A stretch of DNA of 64,000 bases. Origin: an uncultured delta proteobacterium (GTDB lineage Bacteria > Myxococcota_A > Polyangia > Polyangiales > Polyangiaceae). The stretch lies in assembly GCA_963716725.1 (NCBI GenBank), contig CAVQUB010000009.1, positions 224,001-288,000 of the forward strand. Reading direction: 5' to 3'. The notes under the pieces were generated by a model. The model did not search any database. It saw nothing but the letters and a program-made list of their open reading frames with translations, and had not been told where the DNA came from. Within the stretch, counting starts at the first letter, position 1. Every line of letters starts with the position of its first letter. The translations under genes were made by a program, and so were the position numbers. This document shows, in pieces, positions 1 to 8,749 of the stretch.

Positions 1-402
1 TTGGCGAGAGTGAGCACCACGTTCGACTTGAGCTTCCTGCGACGCCAGAACACCTTCTCTGCCTCCACCCGCACCGTGTCGCCGGGTCTCACGATGCGCT
101 CGAAGTCCACCTGACAATCGGTGAAGAGTGTCACCGTCTTGGCCACCTCGTCCTTGGGCAGCTCGAGGCCGAGCAGGTAGATGCCCAGGGCCACCAGGCC
201 AGTCTGGCACATGGTCTCGATCAGGATCACGCCCGGTGTGACCGGATCGCCCGGGAAAGTGCCCGGTGTAGAAGCTCTCGTCGGCGCGGAAGGTGTACTC
301 GCCCACCGCGCCGGAGTCGCCAAGCGACACCAAGCGATCGATGAAGCGGAACGGCCGCTGCTGGGGGATCAACGCCAGCACTTCATCTGCGCTGAGCGTC
401 AC
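1..402 (-). CDS. fabZ: 3-hydroxyacyl-ACP dehydratase, FabZ family (runs off the window edge; apparent 1-nt frameshift near 250)
   Basis: Manual translation from GTG at 402 (GTGA overlap with fabA stop) gives MTLSADEVLALIPQQRPFRFIDRL...FYTGHFPG. After skipping one base it continues DPVTPGVILIETMCQ...VRPGDTVRVEAEK, the FabZ His/Glu motifs. Confidence 0.85.
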   Translation of the reverse strand, partial: MTLSADEVLALIPQQRPFRFIDRLVSLGDSGAVGEYTFRADESFYTGHFPGRSGHTGRDPDRDHVPDWPGGPGHLPARPRAAQGRGGQDGDTLHRLSGGLRAHRETRRHGAGGGREGVLASQEAQVERGAHSRQ

Positions 403-998
403 GCTTGGCTCCGGTCCATGATGCCGCCCACGCTGTTGACCGAGCGCTCGGGGTAGTCCGGGTACGCGATGCCGAGGAACATGCCGACCTTGGCATCCTT
501 CACCGTGTAGATCAGCTCGCCGTCCACCAGGACCTTCGCAGAGCCGATGGCCACCGCCGAGCCCGACTCCTTGAGCTGCGAGAAGCGCCGGATGTCGATC
601 TCGTAACGCACGACCTTGTTGTAGGGCCGGATCTGTCCCGAGAACTCCACCTCTTTGCAGCCCAGCGCGCGACCCGAGCCGGGCGCACCCGCGGCCGAGA
701 TGTACAGGCCCACGAGCTGCCAGACCGCGTCCACTCCGAGACAGCCGGGCTGCACCGGATCGCCGCGAAAGTGACAGTGGAAGAACCAGTCGTCGAAGTG
801 GATGTCCTGCTCGCCGACGATGCGACCGCGGGGTCCGTTGCGCGTGATCTCGACCACGCGATCGACCATCAGCATGGGAGGCGCCGGAAGTCGGATGAAC
901 TCTGCGGGCGGATCCTGCACCAGGTTGCCCTGGGAGATCCCGAGCAGATCTGCCTTGCTGAAGCTCTTACGTTCCAGGAATTCGGCGTACGAGATCAT
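399..998 (-). CDS. fabA: 3-hydroxyacyl-ACP dehydratase/isomerase FabA
   Basis: LPAPPMLMVDR, WFFHCHFRGDPVQPGCLGVDAVWQL (His/Asp dyad), GRALG..EVEFSGQI. Start ATG 998 or GTG 1001 at the fabH stop. Confidence 0.9.
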   Translation of the reverse strand: MISYAEFLERKSFSKADLLGISQGNLVQDPPAEFIRLPAPPMLMVDRVVEITRNGPRGRIVGEQDIHFDDWFFHCHFRGDPVQPGCLGVDAVWQLVGLYISAAGAPGSGRALGCKEVEFSGQIRPYNKVVRYEIDIRRFSQLKESGSAVAIGSAKVLVDGELIYTVKDAKVGMFLGIAYPDYPERSVNSVGGIMDRSQA

Positions 999-1999
999 CA
1001 CTGCTCCTCGATGTCGATGCGAAGACTCGCCCAGGTGAGCCCCGAGCCCACCACGGCCAGCACCACGGTGTGGCCCGCTTTGAGCTGGTCCCAGTGTTGA
1101 GACAGCACGATGGGGGCTCCCGCGGCGCCCGTGTTGCCGTACTGGATCACGTTGTGCCACTGCTCGTCCCAGCCGATCCCGGCGCGGCGCGCCACCGACT
1201 CGAGCACCAGCAGGTTGGCCTGGTGGCCGATGAAGTGCACGCGGCCACCGGTCTCCTTCACTCGAGCGCGAGCACCGGGCAGCAGATTCTCGAGGCAGGC
1301 CTGGGTGGTCTTGATGGCGAAGCGCTGCACGGCGCCGCCGTCCTGGGTGAAGTGACCGAAGCGAGGGATCACCACCGAGCCCGCGCCGGCGGGCGACGAG
1401 GCCAGCGTGCTCTCGACCACGCGAGCAGGCGCCGGCACCTCCGACGAGACGATGGCAGCGCTGGTGCCGTCACCCCAGAGCACGGCCGTGGCCCGATCCG
1501 CGTAGCTCACGGCGCGGGTGGTGTTCTCCGGGTTGACCACCAGCACGTAGCGCGGCAGGCCAGTCATCGACGCGAGCAGGTGCAACTGCGCGCCGAAGCT
1601 CGAACACGCCGAGTTGAGATCGAAGCCGGGCACCTCGATGCCGAGCGCCTGCGCGATGCGGCACGCCTCCGCTGGGATTTGCGCCTCGGGACAGCAACCG
1701 CCGGCCACGACCATGCCGATGTCGCTCGGCTGGAGCCCCGCGCGTTCGAGCGCGACCAGCGCCGCGCGCTTTCCGGTCTCGACGTTGGAGTAGAGCGCTG
1801 CCTCTTGGCCAGCCCGGAGATCCGCGTTCTTGGTCGCGCGGATGTAGTCGAGGGGCAGCACCGTTCGGCGCTCGCGGATCCCGACGCGCTCGAGGATCCA
1901 CTCGTCCGTCGTGCCGATCTCCAGCTCCTCGAGGAAGCGGTTGTCGACCACATTTTCCGGATGAAAATGCCCGAGCGCGTGGATGAAGAGCTTCGCCAA
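998..1999 (-). CDS. fabH: 3-oxoacyl-ACP synthase III
   Basis: TTDEWILERVGIRERR, SACSSF (Cys), HQAN (His), YGNTGAA (Asn), VGSGLTW. Confidence 0.9.
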   Translation of the reverse strand: MAKLFIHALGHFHPENVVDNRFLEELEIGTTDEWILERVGIRERRTVLPLDYIRATKNADLRAGQEAALYSNVETGKRAALVALERAGLQPSDIGMVVAGGCCPEAQIPAEACRIAQALGIEVPGFDLNSACSSFGAQLHLLASMTGLPRYVLVVNPENTTRAVSYADRATAVLWGDGTSAAIVSSEVPAPARVVESTLASSPAGAGSVVIPRFGHFTQDGGAVQRFAIKTTQACLENLLPGARARVKETGGRVHFIGHQANLLVLESVARRAGIGWDEQWHNVIQYGNTGAAGAPIVLSQHWDQLKAGHTVVLAVVGSGLTWASLRIDIEEQ

Positions 2000-2002
2000 G
2001 TC

Positions 2003-2944
2003 TCACCCCGCGATGTGCTCGCCACCGTCGACTCGGATCAACGCGCCGTTCACCCAGCGGGCCTCGTCGGTGCAGAGCAGCGCGATGAAGTCCGCAACGT
2101 CCGCAGGCGTGGTGAGTCGACCGAGGGGGTTCTTGAGGCGGGCAGCGGCCTTCATCTGCCCGCTGCCGGGGATGAGCCGGAGCGCCGGCGTGTCCGTGAC
2201 GCCCGCCTGCACCACGTTGGAGCGAACGCCAAAGGGACCGAGCTCGAGCGCCAGAGATCGAGACACCGACTCGAGCGCCACCTTGGCCGCGCTGACCGCG
2301 GCGTAGCCCCGCCAGGCCACCTCGTTGCCCTCGCTGGTCATGCCGATCACGCGCGCGTCGGCGGCGAAGAGCTCGCGGGCGAAGACGTCTTCTGCCCACG
2401 TCGCCAGGCTCGTGCCCATGCTGTACACGGTCCGCTCGAAGTCCTCGTCTTCGAGTCGAGCATCGGGATCGTAGGCCGGTGGACTCGCGAGGTGCGCGAG
2501 GGCGTCGCCCGCCTCGCCGCTCTCGGAGATCGCATTGACCGCCTCGGTGAGCTTCGCCTCGTCCACGCCAAGCCGCGCCGCGAGCTCCGCGCGCGCGCGC
2601 GCAGCGGCCGTGCCGTGGCTCTCGGGCAGCGGCCCCACGAGCTTGAGGTTGCCGAAGGCGATGGAGTGCATCAGCAGTCGCACGCGGACGTTCTTGGCGA
2701 CGAGCTCGTCCAAGACCTTCGCGCGCCCGTCCGTGGAGAGCGCGTCGAGGTTGAAGGACACGAAGCCAACGCCCGTCGCGCGGATCGCTTCGAAACCGGT
2801 CTCGATGGCCGCCATGGCCCCGCGGCGATCGCGATGCACGACGCACACGTTCATGCCGTGGCGCGCGAGCTTCTGGGCCGTTGCCAGGCCAAACCCGCTG
2901 GATCCGCCCAGGATCAACGCCCAGTGCGCCGCTTCGAACTTCAC
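2003..2944 (-). CDS. SDR-family enoyl-ACP reductase (FabL/FabI-like)
   Basis: LGGSSGFG Rossmann motif, YAAVSAAK (Y-x6-K), GVTDTPAL; located inside the fab operon. Confidence 0.8.
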   Translation of the reverse strand: MKFEAAHWALILGGSSGFGLATAQKLARHGMNVCVVHRDRRGAMAAIETGFEAIRATGVGFVSFNLDALSTDGRAKVLDELVAKNVRVRLLMHSIAFGNLKLVGPLPESHGTAAARARAELAARLGVDEAKLTEAVNAISESGEAGDALAHLASPPAYDPDARLEDEDFERTVYSMGTSLATWAEDVFARELFAADARVIGMTSEGNEVAWRGYAAVSAAKVALESVSRSLALELGPFGVRSNVVQAGVTDTPALRLIPGSGQMKAAARLKNPLGRLTTPADVADFIALLCTDEARWVNGALIRVDGGEHIAG

Positions 2945-3867
2945 GAGACGAGCCCCTTCTGCGCGGTCTTCACGTTCATGATCGAGGTGATCTCGACACC
3001 GATGGTGGAGAAGAAGCGCTTCAGCGGGCGGTTCGGTCCGACCTCGACGACGCGAGGAGCCGAGGCCGTCAGCGCCCGCATGTTCGCAACCCAGTTCACG
3101 GTCCCGGAGATCTGACCGGTGAGCGCAGTCAACAGATCGTCGAGCACGCCGCTGTGATATCCGCCGCGCAGGTTGGAGGTGACCCGCGTGGAGCGAGCAG
3201 CGTCGAAGCCTGACGACACCGCCTCGAGCTCGCGACGGAACTCGGCTTCGATGCCGCGCATCAGTCGCGAGTGGAAGGGCGCGCTCACGTTCAAGCGAAT
3301 GACCTCGGCCTGCGCCAACTTCTCGGCGATCCGCGCGTCAGCTGCGTCAACACCGGCGACGGGGCCGGAGATCACGACCTGGTCGAGAGAGTTGAGGTTC
3401 GCGACATCGACGCCAAGGTCCGAGATCAAGTCGCTTAGACCCGCCTCTGAAACGCCCGGAGCAACGATGGCGCTCATGGCTCCCTCGCCCACGGGGACCG
3501 CCTGCTGCATCAGCGCGCCGCGCTTTCTCACGAGTCGAAGTGCGTCAGCGAAAGGAATGGCCCCCGCCGCGCACAGCGCCGTGTACTCGCCCAAGCTGTG
3601 ACCACCGAAGTGGGTCGGCGAGAGCCCGAACTCCGCGCCGAGCGCGCGCAGCATGGCGACCTCGGCGGTGACGATGGCGGGCTGGGTGAACTCCGTCAGG
3701 TCGAGGCGCGGGTCCTCCTCGAAGCACAATGCGGCAACGTCCAAGGACAGCGCCTCGCTGGCTTCGGCGAACGCCTCCCGCGCCGCCGGGAACTGCTCGT
3801 GGAAGTCCCGCGCCATGCCCACCCGCTGGGAGCCCTGACCGGGAAAGACGACTGCAATTTCGCCCAT
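2941..3867 (-). CDS. fabD: malonyl-CoA:ACP transacylase
   Basis: FPGQGSQ, TQPAI, GHSLGEY nucleophile motif, SAPFHS. Confidence 0.95.
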   Translation of the reverse strand: MGEIAVVFPGQGSQRVGMARDFHEQFPAAREAFAEASEALSLDVAALCFEEDPRLDLTEFTQPAIVTAEVAMLRALGAEFGLSPTHFGGHSLGEYTALCAAGAIPFADALRLVRKRGALMQQAVPVGEGAMSAIVAPGVSEAGLSDLISDLGVDVANLNSLDQVVISGPVAGVDAADARIAEKLAQAEVIRLNVSAPFHSRLMRGIEAEFRRELEAVSSGFDAARSTRVTSNLRGGYHSGVLDDLLTALTGQISGTVNWVANMRALTASAPRVVEVGPNRPLKRFFSTIGVEITSIMNVKTAQKGLVS

Positions 3868-3956
3868 CTGCCCCGCGGCCTAGCACGGACCTGGCGAGTC
3901 CTTGCGTCATACTTTCGCAAGGATCGGCCGACGCGCTGCGTTGGCCGCGCCGGGGC

Positions 3957-4964
3957 TCAGGTCTCGACTCGATTACGCCCGTTGCGCTTGGCCCGATACA
4001 GGGCCTCGTCGGCCGCTGCCAGCATCTCGGCGGCGCTCCGACCGTCAGCGGCGTCGGCGACCCCGATGGAGATCGTCACGTTCGGCAGCAGCGTGCCGTC
4101 CTGCATTTCGAAGGGCGTGGACGCGATGGCGCAGCGCAGGCGCTCGGCCGCGACCCGGGCGCCCGGCCCGTCGGTCTTGGGCAGCACGGCCGTGAGCTCC
4201 TCACCGCCGTAGCGCGCCAGCAGATCCGTCGGGCGCAAGCGCTCGCGCATCAGCTGCGACACCCCAAAGAGCACGAAGTCTCCGGTAGCGTGGCCCCACT
4301 GGTCGTTGAAGCGCTTGAAGTGATCGATGTCGACCATGAGCACGCTCAGTGGCTCGCCCTGCATTTCGGCGCGACGCACCTGGCGCGGCAGCACGTCGTC
4401 GAGCCAGCGCCGGTTGTGCAGACCCGTCAAGGCGTCGATGGAGGCGTGACGTTTGTAGAGCTGCGTGAGCCTCCGACCTTGTGCGATGGTCCCGTTGCTG
4501 CCTCGTAGGCGCGTCGCGAGGATCTCGAGCAGATTGACTGCGACCTCGTGGGAGGAGCAGACCAGGGACCAGAACACCGAGGCGGGCAACTCGAGCACTC
4601 GACTGGGAGCCGAAGCTCCGACTCGCGCGCTGCGCGATCCGCCGCTGAGCAGCGAGAGCTCTCCCGCGACGGCGCCAGCTTCGAGCTCACACACGGGCTC
4701 CTCGTCATCGGACTCGAGATCCACCCGCAGGCGCCCGCTCAGCAGCAGGTAGACGCAGGTGGATTCGTCGCCGGGCTCGGTCAGCGCCTCGCCCTCCACC
4801 AGAGCCAGCACACGACACTCAGCGAAGAGGTCCAGCGCCCGGTCGAGGCTGAAGTCCCGAAGCAGCGCCGAGCGTTGCAGCTCTTCGCGCGTCGCTGGCG
4901 CACCAAGCCGCCGCCCGGAGGCCGCCGGTGAAGAAAAGGGCGCGAGCGACGACGACACCTGCAT
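3957..4964 (-). CDS. cyclic-nucleotide-binding domain + GGDEF diguanylate cyclase
   Basis: N-terminal cNMP/Crp fold (YLLLSGRLRV, GELSLL..RSA), DALTGLHNRR, DIDHFKRFND, RPTD I-site, RYGGEEL. Start uncertain. Confidence 0.88.
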   Translation of the reverse strand: MQVSSSLAPFSSPAASGRRLGAPATREELQRSALLRDFSLDRALDLFAECRVLALVEGEALTEPGDESTCVYLLLSGRLRVDLESDDEEPVCELEAGAVAGELSLLSGGSRSARVGASAPSRVLELPASVFWSLVCSSHEVAVNLLEILATRLRGSNGTIAQGRRLTQLYKRHASIDALTGLHNRRWLDDVLPRQVRRAEMQGEPLSVLMVDIDHFKRFNDQWGHATGDFVLFGVSQLMRERLRPTDLLARYGGEELTAVLPKTDGPGARVAAERLRCAIASTPFEMQDGTLLPNVTISIGVADAADGRSAAEMLAAADEALYRAKRNGRNRVET

Positions 4965-5131
4965 GCGAAGGAATACGGCCGCGAGCCGGGGAGCTTGAGC
5001 TGTGTGCCAATGTGTGCCTGGCACAGGGCGGACGGTTCTTCATGGCGCAGGGACATTCACCGATGGTTGGGCGGGTGGAGCCCGGCGCGGGTTGGCGCGG
5101 CTCGCGGCGGCCGGAGTAGCATCGGCCCGGT

Positions 5132-6094
5132 TTGACCCCTCCCGATCCCGTCGCCCTCTCCTTCGTGATCCCGTTCATGGACGAGGAGAAGACCCTGCGC
5201 GTGCTCTACGAGCGCATCTCCGAAGCGGTCGGGCCCATCCTCGCCGACGGCGACGAGTTCGAGGTGGTGTTCATCGACGACGGGAGCGTCGACGGATCGG
5301 TGACGGAGGTGGAGAGGCTCGTCAGCGAGCACTCGAACGTGCGTCTCGTCGAGCTCCAGGGCAATTTCGGCAAGAGCGCCGCGCTGGCTGCGGGCTTCGG
5401 CCTCGCGCGCGGGCGGGTGGTTTTCACCCTCGACGCCGATCTCCAAGACGATCCCAAGGAGATCCCGCGCTTCCTCGAGAAGTTGGACGAGGGCTTCGAT
5501 CTGGTGAGTGGCTTCAAACAAAAACGCAACGACCCCTTCACCAAGGTCGTCCCGTCGCGCGTGTTCAACTGGATGGTCCGTCGTGCGACCGGGATCCGCT
5601 TGCGCGACGTGAACTGTGGCTTCAAGGCCTACCGCCGCGTGGTGCTTCAGAACGTCCGCCTCTACGGCGACCTGCACCGCTTCGTGCCGGTGCTGGCCCA
5701 TTGGAAGCGGTTTCGAGTGGGAGAGATCGTGGTCGAGCATCACGCGCGCGTGCACGGCGTGAGCAAGTTCGGAGGTGGCCGCTTCTTCCGGGGGCTGATG
5801 GATCTCCTGACGGTGGTGTTCTTGATGAAGTACGAGCGCCGCCCCGCGCACTTCTTCGGCGGCATCGGGACGCTCGCCTTGCTCAGCGGACTCGGGATCT
5901 GCGTGTACTTGGCCGTGCTCAAAGCGATGGGCGAGTCCATCGGGCACCGCCCACTGCTGAACCTCGGCGTCCTGTTGGTCGTCGTCGGCGTGCAAATCCT
6001 CGCGACCGGGCTGATCGCCGAGTTGATGGTGCACACCCGGCCCGACAAACCCTTCGTGATCCGCAAGCGGTCGGGCTTCTCGGACGAGGGCTGA
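5132..6094 (+). CDS. GT2 polyprenol-phosphate glycosyltransferase (ArnC/GtrB/DPM1-like)
   Basis: FIDDGSVD, NFGKSAAL, LDADLQDDP, DVNCGFKAYR, LHRFVP; two C-terminal TM helices. Confidence 0.9.
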   Translation: MTPPDPVALSFVIPFMDEEKTLRVLYERISEAVGPILADGDEFEVVFIDDGSVDGSVTEVERLVSEHSNVRLVELQGNFGKSAALAAGFGLARGRVVFTLDADLQDDPKEIPRFLEKLDEGFDLVSGFKQKRNDPFTKVVPSRVFNWMVRRATGIRLRDVNCGFKAYRRVVLQNVRLYGDLHRFVPVLAHWKRFRVGEIVVEHHARVHGVSKFGGGRFFRGLMDLLTVVFLMKYERRPAHFFGGIGTLALLSGLGICVYLAVLKAMGESIGHRPLLNLGVLLVVVGVQILATGLIAELMVHTRPDKPFVIRKRSGFSDEG

Positions 6095-6101
6095 CCAAGG
6101 T

Positions 6102-7508
6102 TCACCAGGGAAACCACTCGCCCGGAACCGTCTGCCAAGCCGTCGGGCGCTTCGCGTCGTCTTCGGGCATCACCAGCGAGCCCACGAAGTCGGCGTGCTC
6201 GTAGACGCTGCCGATGTTCTTGCTGATGGCGTCGAGATCGGCGTCGCTCACCACGCCGTTGCTGGTGGCTTTGTAGAATTGCACGGTGACACGCACGGGA
6301 AAGCGCGCGTCGCGCTCCAGCTTCAACCCCGCGCCCTCGGTGAAGGGACCGCGTTTGATGCCGTGACCGATCACGGCGCGCTCGACGTCACTGGCGCGAC
6401 CGGCGCCCAAGCCCGGAGTTCCAACGCGGCCGCCGCCCTGACCAATGCCGGAAAGCCCGAGGCCGCCGGAGCCGTAGGCCTCGCCGATCCCGCTGCCCCA
6501 CGAGTACCCGTACGCTCCGCCCAACGCCCCCCGATGACGGTGCACCAACGGCACTTGGATCAAGAACATCACGTCCCCTCCCCGAGCGAGCGCGCTCTTC
6601 TCGTCGTCGTTCTTCGGACCGCCCTGGGCCTTGATGCGCGCCTCGACCTCGCTGCGGCGCTCCGCGCGAAACGCTGCGCGCTGCCCCCCTGCGTTGAAGT
6701 AGAGTTCCTGGCCGTAGCCGGCGACGCTGACCTCTTCCGCTTTGTTCTCGATGACCGAGACGCTGGTCCCCTGCCGACTGACGAGCAGCGTCAGTACCGC
6801 AGGCGACCCGGGCGCCGATTGATAGTTGAACACGACAGGATTGAACTCCGCGCTGCCTTGGGACGGGATCGGCAAGAAGACCGCCTGGGCCGCCACCAGA
6901 AAATGGGTGTCGCGCGCCGCCAAAAAGCTCCCGCTGCCCAGCACGCTGCCTGGCTTCGAGAGATAGCGACGTAAGTTGCGCAGCACGTCGGAGAGCGCCG
7001 CCGACTCCACCTTCCCGCTCGCTTTCTGGTTCCCCGTACGGACGAAGAGCCGGCTCTTCCGGATGTCCGCGGTGCGATCGCTGAAGTTCGGAAAGCGCAC
7101 CACGGGCATGACCGCGGTGCGTTCCGCGCGCCCGTCCCCGTCGCGATAGCGGACCTGCAACGTCACGTCGGAGATGTTGGGACCAAGGGCCGAACCCCAC
7201 GCGCGACCCGTGTCCTCCCAGGCCACGTTCACCAGGTCGAGCCCCCGCCGCTGAGCCCGAGCTCGAATGTTCGGGTCGTGCACCATGGTGACGACCTTCT
7301 TCACCACTTGCGCGTGCGAGGGCTCGGGAGGTGGCGCGGGCGGTGGCGCCGCCACGGTGGAGGTTGGCTGCGGCGTCGAGGGGAGAGCCGGCTGCGGTTG
7401 CGCTCGGACCTGCGCCGACGCAGGCGACGGCGACGGGCGGGGCGGAGCCTCGGCGCGGAGCGCGCACGCGGACACGCCCAAGGCCACCAGGGCCGAAATC
7501 CGTGACAT
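6102..7508 (-). CDS. putative lipoprotein of unknown function
   Basis: Lipobox-like GVSAC, Pro-rich linker, globular body and Gly-rich insert; strong GC3 bias. Confidence 0.75.
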   Translation of the reverse strand: MSRISALVALGVSACALRAEAPPRPSPSPASAQVRAQPQPALPSTPQPTSTVAAPPPAPPPEPSHAQVVKKVVTMVHDPNIRARAQRRGLDLVNVAWEDTGRAWGSALGPNISDVTLQVRYRDGDGRAERTAVMPVVRFPNFSDRTADIRKSRLFVRTGNQKASGKVESAALSDVLRNLRRYLSKPGSVLGSGSFLAARDTHFLVAAQAVFLPIPSQGSAEFNPVVFNYQSAPGSPAVLTLLVSRQGTSVSVIENKAEEVSVAGYGQELYFNAGGQRAAFRAERRSEVEARIKAQGGPKNDDEKSALARGGDVMFLIQVPLVHRHRGALGGAYGYSWGSGIGEAYGSGGLGLSGIGQGGGRVGTPGLGAGRASDVERAVIGHGIKRGPFTEGAGLKLERDARFPVRVTVQFYKATSNGVVSDADLDAISKNIGSVYEHADFVGSLVMPEDDAKRPTAWQTVPGEWFPW

Positions 7509-7566
7509 GCCCGACTCAGACAACGGCAGGCCGAAAGAGTTTCCCGCGGCACGCGAGCGCCAGGGA

Positions 7567-8436
7567 TCACGCGGCGCGCCGCGGCTTCATGGCCGACGGG
7601 TCTGATCGCGGCGCAGACCAGCGCCACTGGGGCATGAGGGGACGAACCCGCGCCGACGCGAGGCTCAGGCGGACGTCGCCCAGGCAGACGCGGACCGGGA
7701 GGGATGGCTCGCGTCGATCGACCGCCAGACGTTGCGCCGAGCGCAGCGAGAGACCGGATACGCGGGCTATCAGGCGAGAGTCCGACCAGCCCTGGTGTGC
7801 CGCCAAGCGGACAACTTCGCTACGACGCGCCGACGGCGTGGACCATGGCGTAGCGGCGAGCACGGCAGCCCGGATTGCTTCGAGGGTCGTGCTCGGCAGC
7901 TCGGCGGACGACGCCGGGGTCGGAGTTGCGGTGCCACCGATCTCGACGCTGGGGTCGCTCGACACGTAGCGGTGCAGCCACTCCGACAGGCCGCGCACGG
8001 GTCGTCCGAGTGCGCTCGCGAGTGAAGCTGGGGTCACCCAGGGATCGACCTCGGCACCCACCAGGCCGCGGTGGGTCGACCACGGCCAAGCGAGCGGATC
8101 GGCCACCAGCCCGGCGCGGCACGGATTCAGGTGGAGGTAGCGCACGCTGCGTTCGAGGTGTTTGCCGGGCGGCAGCGCCTGCGGCTCGGCGACGCGTTCG
8201 AAGAGGTGCCGCACCCCCGCCCGCACGGCCGCGACGGCCAGGATCTTCGAGAGTCGGCGGCGCGCCGACGCGGGATCCGGTACCTCCACAATCAGGTGGA
8301 GGTGGTCCGGCATCACGCACGCGGCGAGCGCACCGGTATACGCGACTCGAAGTCGCCCCATGAGCCACCATGCGGCCCGCGCGTCGGCAAAGGGTTTCTG
8401 GCCGGGCAGGCTTCGCGCGACGAGGTGAATGATCAT
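7567..8436 (-). mobile_element. REP-associated tyrosine transposase (RAYT, Y1/IS200-like HUH) with C-terminal HTH-like extension
   Basis: HLVAR, CVMPDHLHLIV (HUH), RYLHLNPCRAGLVADPLAWPWST (catalytic Tyr + NP..AGLV...WPWS). ATG at 8436. Confidence 0.85.
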
Positions 8437-8543
8437 CAGAACCCCATCGGCTCGGACTTGGGCCGGTTGCGTGCGACCTAGCAAATGATGGCTGGCGGCA
8501 GGCGCGCCGAGCCGACGTGCCGCTTCCGCGTACGCGCCTGCGT

Positions 8544-8724
8544 CACCGACCACGTCGCAACCCGCTCCGGCGTGGCGTTTGGCGTCCACAGCGACACCGA
8601 CCACGTCGCAGCGCGCTCCGGCGTGGCGTTTGGCGTCCACAGCGACACCGACCACGTCGCAACCCGTTGCCCCGTGGCGCTTGGCGTCCACAGCGTCATC
8701 GGCCACGTCGCAGCGCGCTCCGGC
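8544..8724. repeat. 51-bp tandem repeat, about 3.5 copies, containing imperfect palindromes (REP-like)
   Basis: Units start at 8544, 8595, 8646 and 8697. Consensus CACCGACCACGTCGCA(A/G)C(C/G)CGCTCCGGCGTGGCGTTTGGCGTCCACAGCGA. Confidence 0.92.
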
Positions 8725-8749
8725 AGGTGCGCGCGCCGACCCCGACCGC

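Noticed and set aside
1070..3115. Long antisense ORFs (also 14423-16618, 22179-24518, 28929-31022, 50986-53202)
   Set aside because: Typical stop-poor shadow frames of high-GC genes, with no motifs.
1..3867. PKS or other secondary-metabolite cluster
   Set aside because: Only discrete FAS II enzymes are visible; no KS-CLF, tailoring or transport genes lie within the window.
7570..7583. Perfect palindrome CGCGGCGCGCCGCG at the RAYT 3' end as a REP
   Set aside because: GC-only, unrelated to the 51-bp unit and plausible by chance.
8544..8724. CRISPR array
   Set aside because: Units are contiguous and near-identical with no unique spacers, and no cas genes are present.
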